Source: Raillietiella orientalis (taxonomy: Eukaryota). From it: a stretch of DNA of 64,000 nt. Of this stretch, positions 1 to 14,600 are shown piece by piece. The stretch is from positions 434,001-498,000 of the forward strand of contig JAYWIR010000028.1 in the NCBI GenBank assembly GCA_036172245.1, in the 5' to 3' direction. How positions within the stretch are numbered: position 1 is the stretch's first letter; each line of letters begins with the position of its first letter. The notes under the pieces were generated by a model. That model saw nothing but the letters and a program-made list of their open reading frames with translations, was not told the DNA's origin and ran no database searches. Both the position numbers and the translations under genes were made by a program.

Positions 1-69
1 GAGCAGGCTTGACATTTGCCTAAAGATACTTCAATTGGAATAAAGTCTATTTTATTCAGAATATTTGAG

Positions 70-604
70 TCATGCCTCAAGGATGTAGTTATCAATGTGT
101 TCAATATATGAGGAAGCTAACATTAGGAGACTAGCACTAGATCCCAAAGCTAGCACTAATCGTACTAAGTAATGCCCTTGTACAAATGTCCGTACTATTC
201 CCCACATCATTGTTGATCCCAAATTGAACATCAGAGTTCCAAATACAGTATACATAATTTTCTTACTGAGTAATGTAATTTGCATATGTTGGCAATTAAA
301 TAAATAAAGTCCTGTGCCTATACATGAACCTAACAACATGATGTTACTGAGGGTTCCTTGGTAGAACCACGGCACCCAGCTGGAAATACCATTCAGTCAA
401 GTATTTTCTAAAGACTTATTCTTACCCTGCGTAAAGCTCAGGACATAAAATGCCAACTGATGTTCCAGTAAAATGAATTGCTCCTTGCCATGGTAAATGA
501 TAATACAAGATACGCTTGCTTAAAGATTTGCTTATGGCACTTCGATTTTCGTCTCCTTCCGCAACACTCACTGCATCCTTATCCCGTTCTGTATACCAGC
601 TCAT
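70..604 (-). CDS. Uncharacterised small multi-pass membrane protein, 162 aa, 2 exons (604-426, 379-70)
   Basis: ORFs 422..604 and 70..375 join in frame over a 46-nt GTAAG..TTCCAG intron (380-425). The product has about 4 hydrophobic segments (YYHLPWQG..., YTVFGTLMFNLGS.MMW, YIEHID) and recalls a conserved uncharacterised invertebrate family. A minus-strand AATAAA lies at 56-51. Confidence 0.75.
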
Positions 605-1280
605 TGTATTCGAAGCCTCGTATTAAATTTCGATATCATGAATGGAGACAGGGAACATGTTCGAGAAACACCATATTTTTAGTGAACTCATCATGCTTGC
701 ACAAGGAATGCTCAGGTTGTAACAGAATTTATATGTGCTTAAGAGTTGCCATTCAACTTTAAGCAGGTTGTGCTTATATTATAACAGAGTAGTTTTAAAA
801 TGCATGATTGATTGACACTTCGTGAAAAAACAAAAAGATTTCTGTCCTACATTAAGATTCAATAACAACTGGGCAAACAATTCGTCCCCATGACAATGAA
901 CCGATATCCATGTAAAAATGAAGTTCATGTATGCACAGACTTCGTACACATATATTATAATTACTTAGAAAATTCGTGCACAATCTCATAAAAAATCACA
1001 GACCCAGGGAATTTAACGTAGAACACAGAATTCATGGAGTTTATTTTATGTCAAGGTTTAAATGTATTCTTTTAATTTTAACATATATCTATATGTATTC
1101 TCAGTATTTTAAATACTTGGCTACTCAAATATCTAGGCTTTTGTTGCAAAACGACATTTGTATATGGCAGGCCACTTTTAAAAAAATTATGCAAAAGAAA
1201 AACAAATTGGAATATTTTATCTTGGAATTATTATAAACGAAATTAAACTAGTTTGGCAAAAGTGTGATGCAAAGATCTGC

Positions 1281-3050
1281 TGGTCCCGCGTCAGGATGAA
1301 GGTCTCAGACTCTCAATGCTGAAACTTATGGAGCCACAGCTTCAGTTCCGCAAACGGACCCTGGAGAGCAAGCAGTGGACATTCTTCTGATGCATTCCCC
1401 TCCCCCCTCCCCCAGTCCTCAGATGCACGAGCGATTGCGAAGGATTTGCCTTCCTTTTCACTCATAACCGCGAAACAATGCACCTCCTTCTGATCATGAT
1501 CATGTTAGAAGAACATAGATGTATCTGCTGCAGGCCAACAAATTTACATTCTTGTCAGCAAAGAGCTTGTGAAGACATGGGTAAGAGTTACAGATACTTG
1601 TCCAGACCTGCTCCTGTCCTCACGTCATCCTCGAGGAGGCCTTAATAAAGGTCTAAAGTATCTATAACCCCTAAAAGCAGCGCCGTCGTCTCTGTTCGAG
1701 GAGAATGACAGTTGCGTACGGAGTTAGACTACCTGGAAAATAGAAGGAACTACCAAACCTGTAGGCAGTTGGTCCCTACTACATTTTGGAGATGAGATCA
1801 CCTGACAGCACATCTCCAAGGACTACAACGCTATGCAACTCTTCTGGGAATCTCCCAAAAGATGTAGAGATCCTCCAAATGAGTACGGACAGTGTGAAAC
1901 TCTCGCGAAGGTGGCAACCAATGGATACGATTTCTGGTATTGGTTTTCCCATATAACATCTGCCAGCACACTTTTTCATTTTCCAAATAAAATGAACATA
2001 CAAAGCAGGAAATATCTACGATACTTTGAAATTTAAGAATAGGGAACGAACCACCGGTCCGCGTGAGGCGATTCAGAAGGTCCGGAAGCTTAAGAGGAGG
2101 ATAATAAATAAAATAAATAAATAAGGGAGAGAAGGAAGCGAGTCATCGCTCGAACCCGCGGAGTCTTCTGCGGCCTGTATACGATGCAGACGACGTCTTC
2201 CCTCACTGCTTGTTGCAGGTGGAGCCACTTTGCCACATTTCCTATCACCAAAGGGGACAAGGTAGGACTTTCCGTCTTTGCTGGCGTGCCTTCTGCTCAT
2301 GAGCTGCAGCCAAATCTACCTCCGGTCCTGGCCTTGTATTCGGCCAACCTGATGTGTATCCGGACTTATGGAGTAGGATCACGCTTGTAAGAATGCATGG
2401 TTGTTTCCGATTCTCCGTGGCAAGAGATGTCTAGGAAGATACCAGTTCCAAAACTGCACGACCGAGTCCTCCTGCTTGGAGATGACACTGAAAAAGACAC
2501 GGAGTTTCTCCAGGACTTTCGAATAGATGAACCAATCCTTGGTAGTCTACACACACATTCATCGCGAACCCCTTGTTGGACGGATGATGCTCGAGATCGA
2601 ACAGTCAGGTCTGACAGGGAAAACTTTGCGATTTCGGCTCATCCACGAACACAGATGTTCATTGAGCAAGTTGGTCACGTACACCGTAGCACAACTTGTC
2701 CGCAATGGTCTTTTCATCGTTTGCTAGCAAGAGGAGATTGAAGTCTCCTGTTATATGCGCCAAATTAGGACCTGCCTTCGTCAGCCAGTGGCTCCCGAGG
2801 GCACTGAAGGAACGAGATCGTTCAGTGCGCTCGTGACCACATGGAGAGTAAGCGTTCGTCACTACGGGATCGATCGAATCGGGAAACTTGAAGACAAAAT
2901 GGACTCCACTCGGCCGACTTTGTCACAACGGACGCTGCGTATGGCGCCGATGAGAGGCACGTCCACAAAAAACGCGACCCCGCACGTATGAGAGGAAGCT
3001 CACCACCAATGTAGCTTACTCTGTGCACGCACCTCGATTTCCTCCACTGC
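1281..3050 (+). mobile_element. Very degenerate BEL/Pao-like LTR retrotransposon relic
   Basis: PBS-like TGGTCCCGCGTCAGGAT (1281-1297) resembles a tRNA-His primer site. Integrase-like fragments DRVLLL..TEFLQDFR and SRTPCW..RTVRS lie near 2460-2620. Boundaries are approximate. Confidence 0.3.
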
Positions 3051-4029
3051 CTCCGAGGAGTTCCGGTAGGACAACGAGACAGAATTGTCGCAGGGTTTCA
3101 GCTCCTGCATGCCTTTGCATCGTCGTGTAGTCCGCTTCCATCATTGCAGAAAGAGGAGCACTCCCGCCGAACTGGGCCAAATGCGGAGGAATCGAATCCA
3201 GGCTGCACCTGTAGTTAACTAACTATCTTGCCCTCTATAGAGGATACGTATAGCAGTGCTCCCGCAGCACGCGAAAGACACCCCGAAGCACCTGATGCTC
3301 CAACCTTTAAGCACAACCCAGCTGCAGTGGCATCAGGAATAACAACCTTGTGTTGCATCCACATTCACTTGGAGCAACGAACAGTCTGGCAGGGAATTCT
3401 CTTCACAGCGGCAATGAGGAGAACGTCCAGATGGCCCTACCACTACGACGAAATCAAGCTCCCTGCGCATCTCCTTTGCATCTCTAACGGGAAATAAAGT
3501 TCTCACGAGGATTCCAGATTCATACTCTCCCTTTCCTTCTCGTCTGTAATGACTTTTTTTTTGTTTTGTTACCTTCTTTTCTTTGTGTCCCAAGCCCGTT
3601 GTGAACCCGATAGAAAAGCCGGCGGTAATCAGCAACCCTCCTAAGAATCTTCGCACTCGAAAATTACCCAGCATCCTACGAAGACTTGACTCGTTTTTGT
3701 TCATTGCGACCCAACTGACCCCCTCGCTGTGAGCAGTCGAAACCGTAAAAACAAAACAAAAGAGAGAGAAAGGAAGAGCATTTTTCAATATAGCGAAGCA
3801 ATTTTAAGCATTTCTAAGTAACAGTGTTATCATAAAAAGCGAATTATGATGACACTGTTATTTAAAAAAATGTCATGCTTTCAGGACTTATCTCAACGTG
3901 GTCATTGCAAGTAATCAAGCAACACAGTATTTCACATTTTCTTGCTTATGATTGACCATGGTTTCCGTTTCCTTTTTTTTTTTTTCTTTCCACCTTTGAC
4001 TTCATTCAAACCAGTCCAAAAATAGTAGG

Positions 4030-5450
4030 TGTTCTTCCAGATCACCATATATCTTCAAGTAGCCAGGAGGATGTATAGATTCTCATTAATGTTAATCTCT
4101 GTTGTTGCTCAGAGGCTTGTTTTCGAAAGATGGTACAGGTTCACTTGTTGGAAACATTTCTGGAAGCACAAAAGGCTCTCACTAATAATCTGTCACAGCA
4201 ATTATTATCTGCTAAAATATCTGCATTTTATCTTCATTTCGTTCCCATAGATTCTGGGTCCCTCCGATGTAATTCAAGTTATTTGACAATTACAGCACTG
4301 GAAACGACATCCTTGCAGTTTTCTTCATTGCGAGTTTTCTTTAAACGGAGGTTATCTGGCAGAGCTATTCGAAATATTCCTTATCGTTTCTTCATAGCGC
4401 ATCTCTCTACGGGAGCAGCTGACTCTCTTGCAAAAGGTCTGGCAAGAAGACTTCAATGCCCCAAACAGCGAAGTGAGGGTGCCACTGCACGCAGTGATGC
4501 ACCACAATCTGCAGAATCACAATCTAAAAGTGAATTCATTCATACACGCTGCAGTGATGGCCGCACTTGAATCTCGAATTATGGATGGTGGAACTTTTCC
4601 GATTTGAAGTCTTTTAGACGCCGATTCGCAGAAAGCCGCCTCACTGAGTAGACGAAACGGTAGACAGCTCTTCTTAGTGTTTTCAAGGTTTGAATGGATT
4701 TTTGAAAGGAATCCCATCGTTTCTGTCTTTTCCCTCTGAGGGGAATTCCTCTCTTAGTGTTTTGCCTGATCGCATTTCTTAAATGAACAGCACCATGCAG
4801 CTCTTAAAGTCTTCTGATTGGATTTTTCTAACTAAATTCGAGCTCTTGAAGGATAAAGAGCCTCTCAGTCCACATTTATTCTATATCCTTGTAAACACTA
4901 CTAAGTTCTTCGTAAAAAAATGAAGTTCCTAGGCGTCTATCATTAGAAATTTCGTGAGTGTTCTCATTACTTTTTCGTGGTCCATCGAGGTTCCAAGAAA
5001 GTACTCACTTTCCACTACCGAATTTTGTTTTCTCTTCACTCCGTTGAGCGGAATCTCCTTCTACAAAGGCTTTTCGATACACTTCCGAGTTTGTACTTAT
5101 TTCAAAAGCGACTCTTTCCATGAAGGTAAGCAATGATTTTAATGGTCTTGTAACTTCGTCAAATTAGTCATTCAGCTTGTAGGCCTGTGTTTCAATCCTT
5201 TGCGACCTTGAAAACGAGTTGTGAGAAAAACTCGGTGATTTCCAGATGATTAGCTTAAAGAGCTGGTATGCAGGTCTTGTAGGTCTAGGAATCCCTCAGT
5301 CCCAAGCATGTCCCTTATCCAAGTCCTCGTGTCCTACGTCACCAACTGTACGTCTGGAAAGTGCACTGTTCCTTTTATTCAGAGTCCTATTAAAGACTGA
5401 TTTCTTGAACTAACAAAACTTCGTTGTGCAGGAGTTTGTGCAGGAGTTTC
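4030..5450 (-). mobile_element. Degenerate BEL/Pao-like relic (RNase H to integrase region)
   Basis: Frameshifted minus-strand fragments occur in the expected order: KGHAWD*GIP (cf. GLDWDEPLP), RPLKSL (cf. APLK.TIPRLE), GGFLRIG (cf. GLLRVGGRL), ALPDNLR. Confidence 0.3.
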
Positions 5451-8400
5451 TCGGTTCTCTAGTAGATTCTCGATTCTATAAGAGAGCATGGTTGCTTTCC
5501 GGAAAATGAAGAGACTTTATGGTTTGAAGCAACATCGATCGTATGAACTTCATCTATCAGCTTCTTTTCTTTCCATGCCTTTTGTTCTGTCAGATGTCAA
5601 TTTGTCCACATGTTTCTCACAGTTGTGTTACTCAGATGACGATGTCAGAATGGAAGCAAGTGACTTTGAGAAGGCAGCACTTGCTGACTGAGTTTCAGGA
5701 AGAACTGAATAGATGAAAGCGTGAGATGCAGTTCCAGGTCATCAGAACCGATGACTGGAATTTGTCCTTCAAGGTGCTAAAATGCAACAAAAGGATGCTC
5801 TGAATTCACTTTGCTTCGTCGTGTTTCTAGAAGACCGAATCGCGCAAATTGGATTATGCTTGTTTTAGTGAGTTTTTGATTAAATTGACTAAATCATATT
5901 AGACAAGGCAAAGCGGGTAATCGATAATAGATAGACTGAAGCAACTTTCTATGCTCTTAGCATGAAAGGCTTACTCACGGCATGAACAAGTTGTTTTTTC
6001 AATATTTGTGGCAGAAGCCTAAGTTGGCAAGAACAAAAGGGTGTTGAAAGTGCATCGGAAATCCTTGAGAAAATGTCCAAACCTGTACGAATCTGCATCT
6101 CGAAAGAAAGATTTGAAGTCCAGGACGTCCTTCTGGTAATGAACATCATGAATTTGTTTTATGGAAAACAAGCAAGTGTAATTTTCCTGTTTTATGGAAA
6201 CGCACTCTGAAAGTTGAAACTGCAAATCACAAAGAATCGGGTATTAACTTCCTTTTGGGGTGACTGAGGCCTTCCACTTCCTTCATTGACCTGTCCATCG
6301 TTTTCTTCAGAACAGACCTCAAGAGTCAGTAAAATTCTGCAGACGAAAATAGGCTAGGACTGGGTTACAGTCGCTTGCTCTATTGAAAGAAAGTCTTGTG
6401 GCATAAAATTCAGGTAATGGCAGAAGTACAACAACCATCACGCTATTGGTAAACTGACAAACCAACACGAAACATGGTTGTTGAGACTTGAATAGAAATC
6501 GCATTGATGAAGCTGCTAACTAATGGAAAAATTCTGTGATCTATGGTCAATAAGAAAAGCATTACATTCATGAGGAGCAGAACTTTGATACTTATACAGT
6601 CTTGAAGAAAAATTTGACAAAACCGATGATCGGGAAGGATTTTATTGATAGATGATCCTCAGGATTGAATAGCGATGCCGCTGGGTAAATGTGCCGTAGA
6701 GAATACGAGTAGTTGCAACGGATAAAACTGAATAAAGCTAGGAAAACAAATTCTCTTAAGACAGGCTTGGGCATAGCGAAATGGAGAGCGGCAAAGATCG
6801 ACACGCATTATGACTTATGTGACTCCCTCAAATGTAGAATGTCCATTCGACAACTTTTAAGGACAAGAGAATTCAGTCTCAACATACTTACTTATTTCTG
6901 ATTGCAAGAAACACATTTTTAAATAATTCTGCAATGCATATTTTGAATGTAATTTAGTGCATCCCAATGTCAGTATGCTAATCTAAAAAAATTTTTTCTA
7001 CCATTCCTCATATAATTTTTTTCATGCTTCTTATAATTCTCTGTGTATTATGATTCCGATCCTTTGTTTTTCTCCATATCGTTGATTGTCCACATCACAA
7101 CGAGAAACTTCTTGGGAGCATCCCTGTGAAGGGGGCCGTCCCAATGAAGTTTCTCCTTTTCGGTCAAGCTGTTCCTCAATCAGTTGCCTACTGTCCATGA
7201 CAAATGAGGACACCATAGATACACGCATTCTGGGTTCTCTCGATACGCACTCCAGCACTATAATGTTCATCCTTCACACATGGCTAAGGACTTGTCTTCG
7301 CTTTAAGAACTTTAAAGAGCTAAGTACATCTTCCCGGCACTCTCCCTCTTGCTTTGCTTGCAGCTGTGAACTACCCCAGTCTGGTTCGGTTTGCTGAAAT
7401 TCTTTTGGTCAGCAATCATTCTGCCATTCCAATGTTCTTATTTGTGTGGAAAAAAATTTATGGACTCTTGGACTCATTTTAAAGGTCACGGGTTAATTTC
7501 TAAAGATGTATATTATTCCATAGCATGGAGCATATCTTCTTGATTCCTTTTTCATAATAGTCTTCGTACTCATAAAACTTCTTGTTTCCTTTCGCAACTT
7601 CCGACTTTTCATTCCATTGTGAATTTCTCTCATTTATGTTCTTCACATATCAACCTTTCAAAGAAACAGTTACATTTATCAGGATTCACAAAGAAAGGAT
7701 TCAGTACTGCAACATCAGAAGCTACTACAAGTGAAGTGTCTCCGCAAAGAGCAGTTAAATCGATACTGAAATTCAAGAGGTAACAGCACTTGGGGGGGGG
7801 GGGAGAGAGAAAGGAAGGGAATTCAGAGAATGAGTTCCCCTGACTTTCTTTTTGGTCAAGTCATCTCTTATATGGATGTGAATGAGAATAAGAAAGTTTT
7901 TCATACATTGAAATAAATACACCTACATTAATTGAATTATGAAACTTTCCCCCCTGGAGGAAATTCTATTTTCCTCCTTTTTTTTCTCCTGATAATCTGC
8001 ACTTGTTCAATTCATTTTTGCTTTTATTCTGATCCGAAATATGGATATTGCACAATGTGCAAAATTCGTAGCATGATCGATATTTCCATTATAGAAGGTG
8101 CTTCACCATTTAAAAGTCATAATTATGAATTGCATAAACGGAAACTTTTTCGAAGTCTCAAGACTGATTTTATTCTAAAATTTATCCTGCATCTAATAGT
8201 TTGGTTGCCTTTCAAAATAGTCAATATCAACAAATTCTGCAGGTTATACCAAGAACTGATATATTTAGAATTCTTGGCTTGCAACACTGCCTAATTCATT
8301 TTCCCGTCTGGTCTTGGGATACGTGAAAATGTATTGATTTATTTCTGTACTTATGGGCAAATTTTCAGCTTCAGAGGACTTTCTGTTTTCAGAAACATGC

Positions 8401-8842
8401 AGGTATGCGTACTACGTGAGCGCACATATCAGTTGCCGTTATGTTGGCCTGGATGTGCTTTCATGAACAGCATCGTTTGATGAATAACATAAGTTTTTTT
8501 ATAGAAAGGAAAAGCAAAAGTAGCAGCATAATACCCTCTCATTTCTGCCCTTTTGTGTTCGCACGTTTGTTTTTCCAAATTGGAATTAATCTATGTGATG
8601 AAATTATCGTTGCATCTCAAGGAGGCTGACTTGAGAAAAGTTTCCCAGTTTGTGTTTCTCTGTGATTCACTTACACCTACTTTGTAGTGAAAGCTCACCT
8701 TGCCTTTAACCACCTTTGCCAGTCATTTAATTTCAAGTTTACTCATGATGAAGCTTAAACATGATGACATGTTTTTCTTAATGTGTTGGAATGTAGGCAC
8801 CAAGTAACGAAAACGAAACACGAAATCACGGTATAACTGAAA

Positions 8843-11800
8843 ATGAAGCCATCAAAACCAATCGCTTCATGGACCACAGTGGATGTTAGCGATTGGTTAA
8901 AAGATAATGGATATAAAAAATTTGCACCTCTGTGTGAGAAACATGATATTGATGGTAAAGTGTTACTGCTTTTAACAGAAAATGATTTGAGGCTTCCACC
9001 ACTGTCACTTGAGGTTAGTTCTATAAAATAGGTGATCACTGAGTAGTTCTTCAAATAAATGTGAAGAGCTTTAAATGTGTCATGTTCACTTCCAAATTTG
9101 ACCTATTTCAATTAAGAAAATTCCGGAGAGTTTACTTATCAATTACTAATCATTTCTCCCATATATTCACATATGTTCGTTTTGTTTTAGAAGTTTCTCT
9201 CATCTTAATTTAGGCATATGTAGTCTTAAGCTTAAAATGAGCATGTTCCTCTATGAAAATGTAAATGCAGAAATAAAATGCAACTTTCCTGCTTAGTAGG
9301 TTATAATCTTTAAAAATGTCAATGTACTGACTGTTTTGCCAGTAAGCATCTTTTTGGGACTGAGTTTTTAATATTTTTGTGTATTTCAAATGTTTCAGAT
9401 TTTGGGAGACATAAAAAGATTTGGACTTGCAATTACTACCCTAAAAAAAAAAAGCATGCCCTACTTACACTATAATGGGATTTCCACATTTATAAATTGT
9501 GATAACGAGTGGTTAAGCAATACATTATCAGAATCAGATAAAATGCTTCTCACACAGAAACTTGATAATGAGAGTCTATATTCAAGAAAGAAATCAAATG
9601 AAATTATCAGAATTCACAAAATCTCTTCAAGTAAAACTTCTGATACCACAATTTATGCATATGACCTAAAGCCAGACTATTTTAAAGCCCTTGTGAGTCT
9701 TTTATATTTTTTGTTGGTGTCTTTGATTACTGCCTGTGTGATGGTTATTGTGAATGAGAAAGTACCAGATATGGACAAGTATCCTCCATTACCAGATTTT
9801 TTTCTTTCAAATATCCCCTTAATACCATGGGCATTTCAAGCAAGTGAAATCGTCACTGCAATCCTTGCAGGAATATTATTGATAACACTCCTTTATCATA
9901 AACACAGGTAAGCATATGGTATTATAAATTAACTGTTATAAATATATTCATTTTCCCTACCCCCGAAATTCTTGTTTTATGTAATAAATCACATGTCTAT
10001 GGATTTTGAATGTAATTGAGTTTGTCTTTATGCCCCTAAACTTGGTTGTAAGTATTAGATGTATAATTTTCATATTATGTAATTCCGTGATTTAAGTTGT
10101 CAGATGAAGGCAATGCTACCCTTACAGGTTTATCATCATTCGCCGCTTCTTTGCCCTTACTGGGACTGTCTTCATGCTTCGATGCATCACAATGCTGATT
10201 ACATCCTTATCTGTGCCAGGCACACACCTTAAATGTGTGGCAGAGGTATGTTCATAAACCGTTTTATTGAAATCATTTTATGTACACCCTCATATCTCAA
10301 AGCCAATCGCTCTTAATTTTTTCTCTCTTCTCTGAGAATTCTTCCTTACTTTCAGTATTATAAATCTCTCTCATCATCCCAAATGACTTGTAGCTCTCTG
10401 TTTATGATGGCTTCATCAATAATACAATGTATTTGTGGTTTGGTATGACACCCTTGGTTGTCTAGAGCTTGGTTAAAACTTTCATGAGAAGAAGTGAAAT
10501 GACTCTTACAACATCTGTTAGGTAATACGAATGTGTTTCTTTATTATTTTTATCCAGTGAAAATTTTAACCATCACCCAGGATAACTAAAGTCCTTCCCT
10601 GAGCATCTGAAAAGGAGTTTTTTGATTAGTATTGTGCTGAGATGAGTTATATTAATCTTAAGGACCTGAATCTAGAATGGAAGCTTGTTTTGATCACATC
10701 AGCCTCTGCAGCCTCTGCTAGTGTTTCTGAAATAGAGAGGTAGAGAGGAATAAAAGTCCATTTGCTAAATTTGATAGGGGGAGAAATGATAGAGGGAGGA
10801 GATTAGAATAAAAACCTCCACTCTGAAAATTGAATGTTCTCATTAAAAGTTATGGGGGTAGTTTGTTACAGGAAGGAGACTTATTCAAGGCTCTACAATA
10901 CTTGAAACTTCTTGACTGCCATAGGTACTTCTCGAATCCCTAAATTCGTTTGTTTCTTTCGTTTTAGAAAATCAAACTTTACATCCCTTAACTTCCGGTC
11001 CTGTTTCTACAAATCTTTATTTTTCAAAATTATTTTTAAATATTATTAAGCTTGAGCAATATTAAGTCATTTTAATAAATAATTACACCAAGTACATGTC
11101 TCCGAAGTCTTATCTCATTCACAATGATGAATCTTCTTTGCAACTATCACCACTTCATGCCTCATTATGTTCAAGCAAATTTCCTTCTTATACCTACACT
11201 AAGTAGGATGTGGACTGCATTCTGTCAAATATTTACATCTTACATCATTGCATTTCTTAATTGTTTTTGTACTTATATTATTTTTCATCTAATGAGTTTT
11301 TCCTCAAAAGCTTTGTTAATTTTCCTAGTTCTCCTACCTCTTCATTAACAATCTCAAGCTTTGGTGTTGCTTTCAAAGATTCACATCAATGACTTACATG
11401 ATCTAGGATTTAACTTGAAGCAACATTTTTGAAAAAACTACAGATGATGTGCAAGGAATCATCTGAAAGTAACATCAGCAAAGTGAAGTCTTGATTTAAA
11501 TGTCAAGTGTTTCTGTACAAAATTGCTTGTTTTGGACCTATTTATGTAAACTGAATTACCCATTTGGTCACATTCTGGACCTGTTTGTTCCATGTCAGAA
11601 TTCTATGTAAAATCTGCAGAATGAGGTTTCTATTGGATGAGATACATTGACAGAACATACAGTTGCTTTGATCATTTTTCTTGGAAACTGACATCTTCAT
11701 TCATGTATTGAGCTTGGACATTCCCAGTGCAATTCTGGTTTTTGTTTTCTCTCATTTCTTTTTTATTTCTGCAAATGCTTTACCAGCTTTTGCATAAATC

Positions 11801-12768
11801 TGAGAACCTTATATCCATTTGCTACTCTAAACCATTTGATTAGTTTTCGGGAAAGCATTGCATTTTAGTTTCACTGTCTTTCTTGGTTTGAACTATAAGC
11901 CTTCAAGAAAGATCTGTTAGACTCTTCCCAAGATTTGATCTTTTCCTAAAAATATTTTCGATTTTGGGAGAGTACAACATCTTCAGAAAGCTACTTCGTG
12001 TATCAGATTGTTTGATTTCTTTTTTTTACAGTTCATGTAATATACCCATCCTTGATGGTTTAACTTTAACCAAATTTATCATTCATTATCACTAAACAAT
12101 ACATTCGTATATTTATATTACCTATTTTGCACTATATGTGTGCATGTGCATGTGTGTTCATGTTTTATATCTACATGGACAATTGTTTTTTCTTCCAGGT
12201 GGATTCCAGTTTCTGGAGAAGACTAGACAAAGCACTTTGGATTTGGAGTGGTGCTGGCTTGTCAATTCGTGGAGTGCGTACATGTGGAGATTACATGTTT
12301 AGTGGGCATACATCCATGCTCACAATGTTAAACTTTTTCATCACAGAATGTAAGCATTTATTTTCTTAGTTTTCCCAATTTTATGTTTATCTTTTAGATA
12401 CTCCACGTAGTTTTTATTTTCTTCACACATTGACATGGCTTTTAAATGTGTTTGGCATTTTTTTCATCCTAGCAGGGCATGAACATTACTCCATTGATGT
12501 CTTTATTGCCTTCTATATCACATCAAGGTTATTTTTGTATTACCATACGTTGGCATCACATCGTAGCTTGTCCTGTGATGCTAAACGTACTCGAATATGG
12601 TTTCCCATGCTTGTTTATTTTGAGGAGAATGTAAGCGGCAGGGTTCCTCATGAACTTGCTAGCCCTATAACATGGAATTCATTTCATCAGTTGTGCACTA
12701 AAATAACCCGAATTCTTAAAAGGAAACATAAGAAAAGAAGACGGAGTGACACCAAAAAATACAAATGA
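8843..12768 (+). CDS. SAMD8: Sphingomyelin synthase-related protein SMSr (SAM domain + PAP2-like CPE synthase), 439 aa; exons 8843-9013, 9399-9907, 10128-10245, 12199-12349, 12398-12768
   Basis: N-terminal SAM domain (W.T.DV.DWL...[18 protein letters not shown]...ILGDIKR) and SMS motifs [29 protein letters not shown] and HEHYSIDV. All introns are GT-AG with consistent phases. AATAAA at 13044. Confidence 0.96.
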
Positions 12769-13849
12769 CTTATGGTTTCTTTTTTTTTTCTTTTTTTTTT
12801 CATTTTTTTTTTCTTTTTCAATGGAGTTTGAATTACATAACTGCAATGAGTGAATCCATTTTCAGGACACATTGTACATCTGTGATACTCGAAGCCTTGC
12901 ATATGTTGTAGCCTTTGCAACCCACTTGAGGTTCTCGTTTCAATATACAAACTGGAAAACGCTTATGCAAAGATTCTGTAAAAAAATGTTTTTATATTTT
13001 GAGATTTTAGACAAATATTTATTAAATGAAGGTGTAATATATCAATAAAATACGTATTTACTTGGAACCTCAGTAGTTGGTTATTCTGATGCTTTGTAAA
13101 CATCAAGGAATTTTGCAGCATAAGGAATCAAATCATTAATCACATGGAAATAGTATGAGGGGGCGACTTGAAAGTTTGCCCTGGTTGAAATCTGCTGTTC
13201 TGTTTTGAAATCTGTTTTGAAAATCACAGCGGTTGCAGTATGTGGGTGGTTTTTCGTGATTATTTTCACAAACCGAGAAAGAACTTGGGCGCCCATGTCT
13301 TGTGAATCGAGCAGTAGGATCCAGCAAGGTTTGACTATATCTTGACTGCATTAATAAAACAGTTGGGAAAATCCGGTTAAGTATTTGTATGTAGTGCAGC
13401 TTGATATTTACTTTTTAATATAAAAAAAAAAAATGAAAATTCTTGTTGTTTTGCTGTAGGAGTTTTGCAGAGCATTTGATGTTTGAATTGTGATTTTAAG
13501 GCCAGGTTTTATCGCTTGTTATTGGCTGCCCATCGCATCGCATAATTGCCTTGAATGTTTGGTGCAAGAGTTCACCCCAGAGCAACATAAAGTAGTAGGC
13601 GGGGTGCTTGACACGACTGGTATCCCTCCTCTCCTTTTTTTCCTTTGACCTCACGTTATCCATGCAACCGTAGAAAATGAATTCGTATGCACCAGTCTGA
13701 GGGAGAGACATGCAAAAATTCGGATTCCAGGATCCAAAGGTTAGAAGCACGATAGGTCATCCCCAAAGAGCACAAAGTCGGTTACTCCTGAAATACAAAG
13801 GCGTGGTCTCCGGAAGAGGCGTTTCGCAAGAGAGATGCGTTAGCAGCCC

Positions 13850-14600
13850 TGCCTAAGCTCGCCTACGAATAGGGCGTGTGAAACAGACCTAGGATTCTGC
13901 ATGAATTTTCATGGGAAGAGCGTGTATCGTTGGAAACCAGCAAGCATACTTGGAGGAAGGAAGCTCGCTGCTAGGAGACAAAGGAAAGACGGCTAAATGC
14001 AATGTGCTAATGTGACATTGCATCACTGCAAGTATGTAAAGGAATCATTCGTCCATTTGAAAAGGCTTGCCTGTTGTGAGTAACACACTACAGACAGTGT
14101 ATCGAACGTGAAAGTATTTGGTCAATACAGTGACAGAAGCTCTCCACCACTCAAGTCAGGGTGAGAATGGCTTACTCCTAGAGGAAGCCACTGAAATCAT
14201 GCAAGCAGCAGGTGGTGGCACCCCAAGCGTGGCATCATCGTGAATTTTTATTTGCAAAATGGTTGTAAAGAGCCGTCAGAGACGATTAGAAATGGACTTC
14301 ACTCGACGCGTTCACCGACTTTCACAGACTCTTTCAGTTTGGAGCAGGGCAGCAAAAGGGATTCTCAGCATGAGCCGGTCTTCTTCCGTTCTTATGGAGT
14401 GTTTTGCTTCTGCACCCATTAAAACAATATTTCCACCATCAGTTACTATTATTTTGGATCATCAATGGTCATATAGTTTATCCACAACCAGTTACTACCG
14501 ATTGCATAATCTGCTGTAAGGAAGTAAAAGAATCTCAGAAACCACGTGAAGTTCACGTTTATTTGATATGGGATGTTGAAGAAAACACTTTCTTCCCTAT
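13850..14600 (+). mobile_element. Degenerate BEL/Pao-like reverse transcriptase relic
   Basis: Fragments LLEEATEIMQAAG (cf. EA.EI...AG.NLRKW), AKGILSMSR..YGVF (cf. TKR.ILS..FDPLG) and PREVHV. Confidence 0.3.

Noticed and set aside
8746..8840. ATGATGA...CTGA spaced like a C/D snoRNA
   Set aside because: No terminal stem or rRNA-complementary guide, and it overlaps the SMSr leader.
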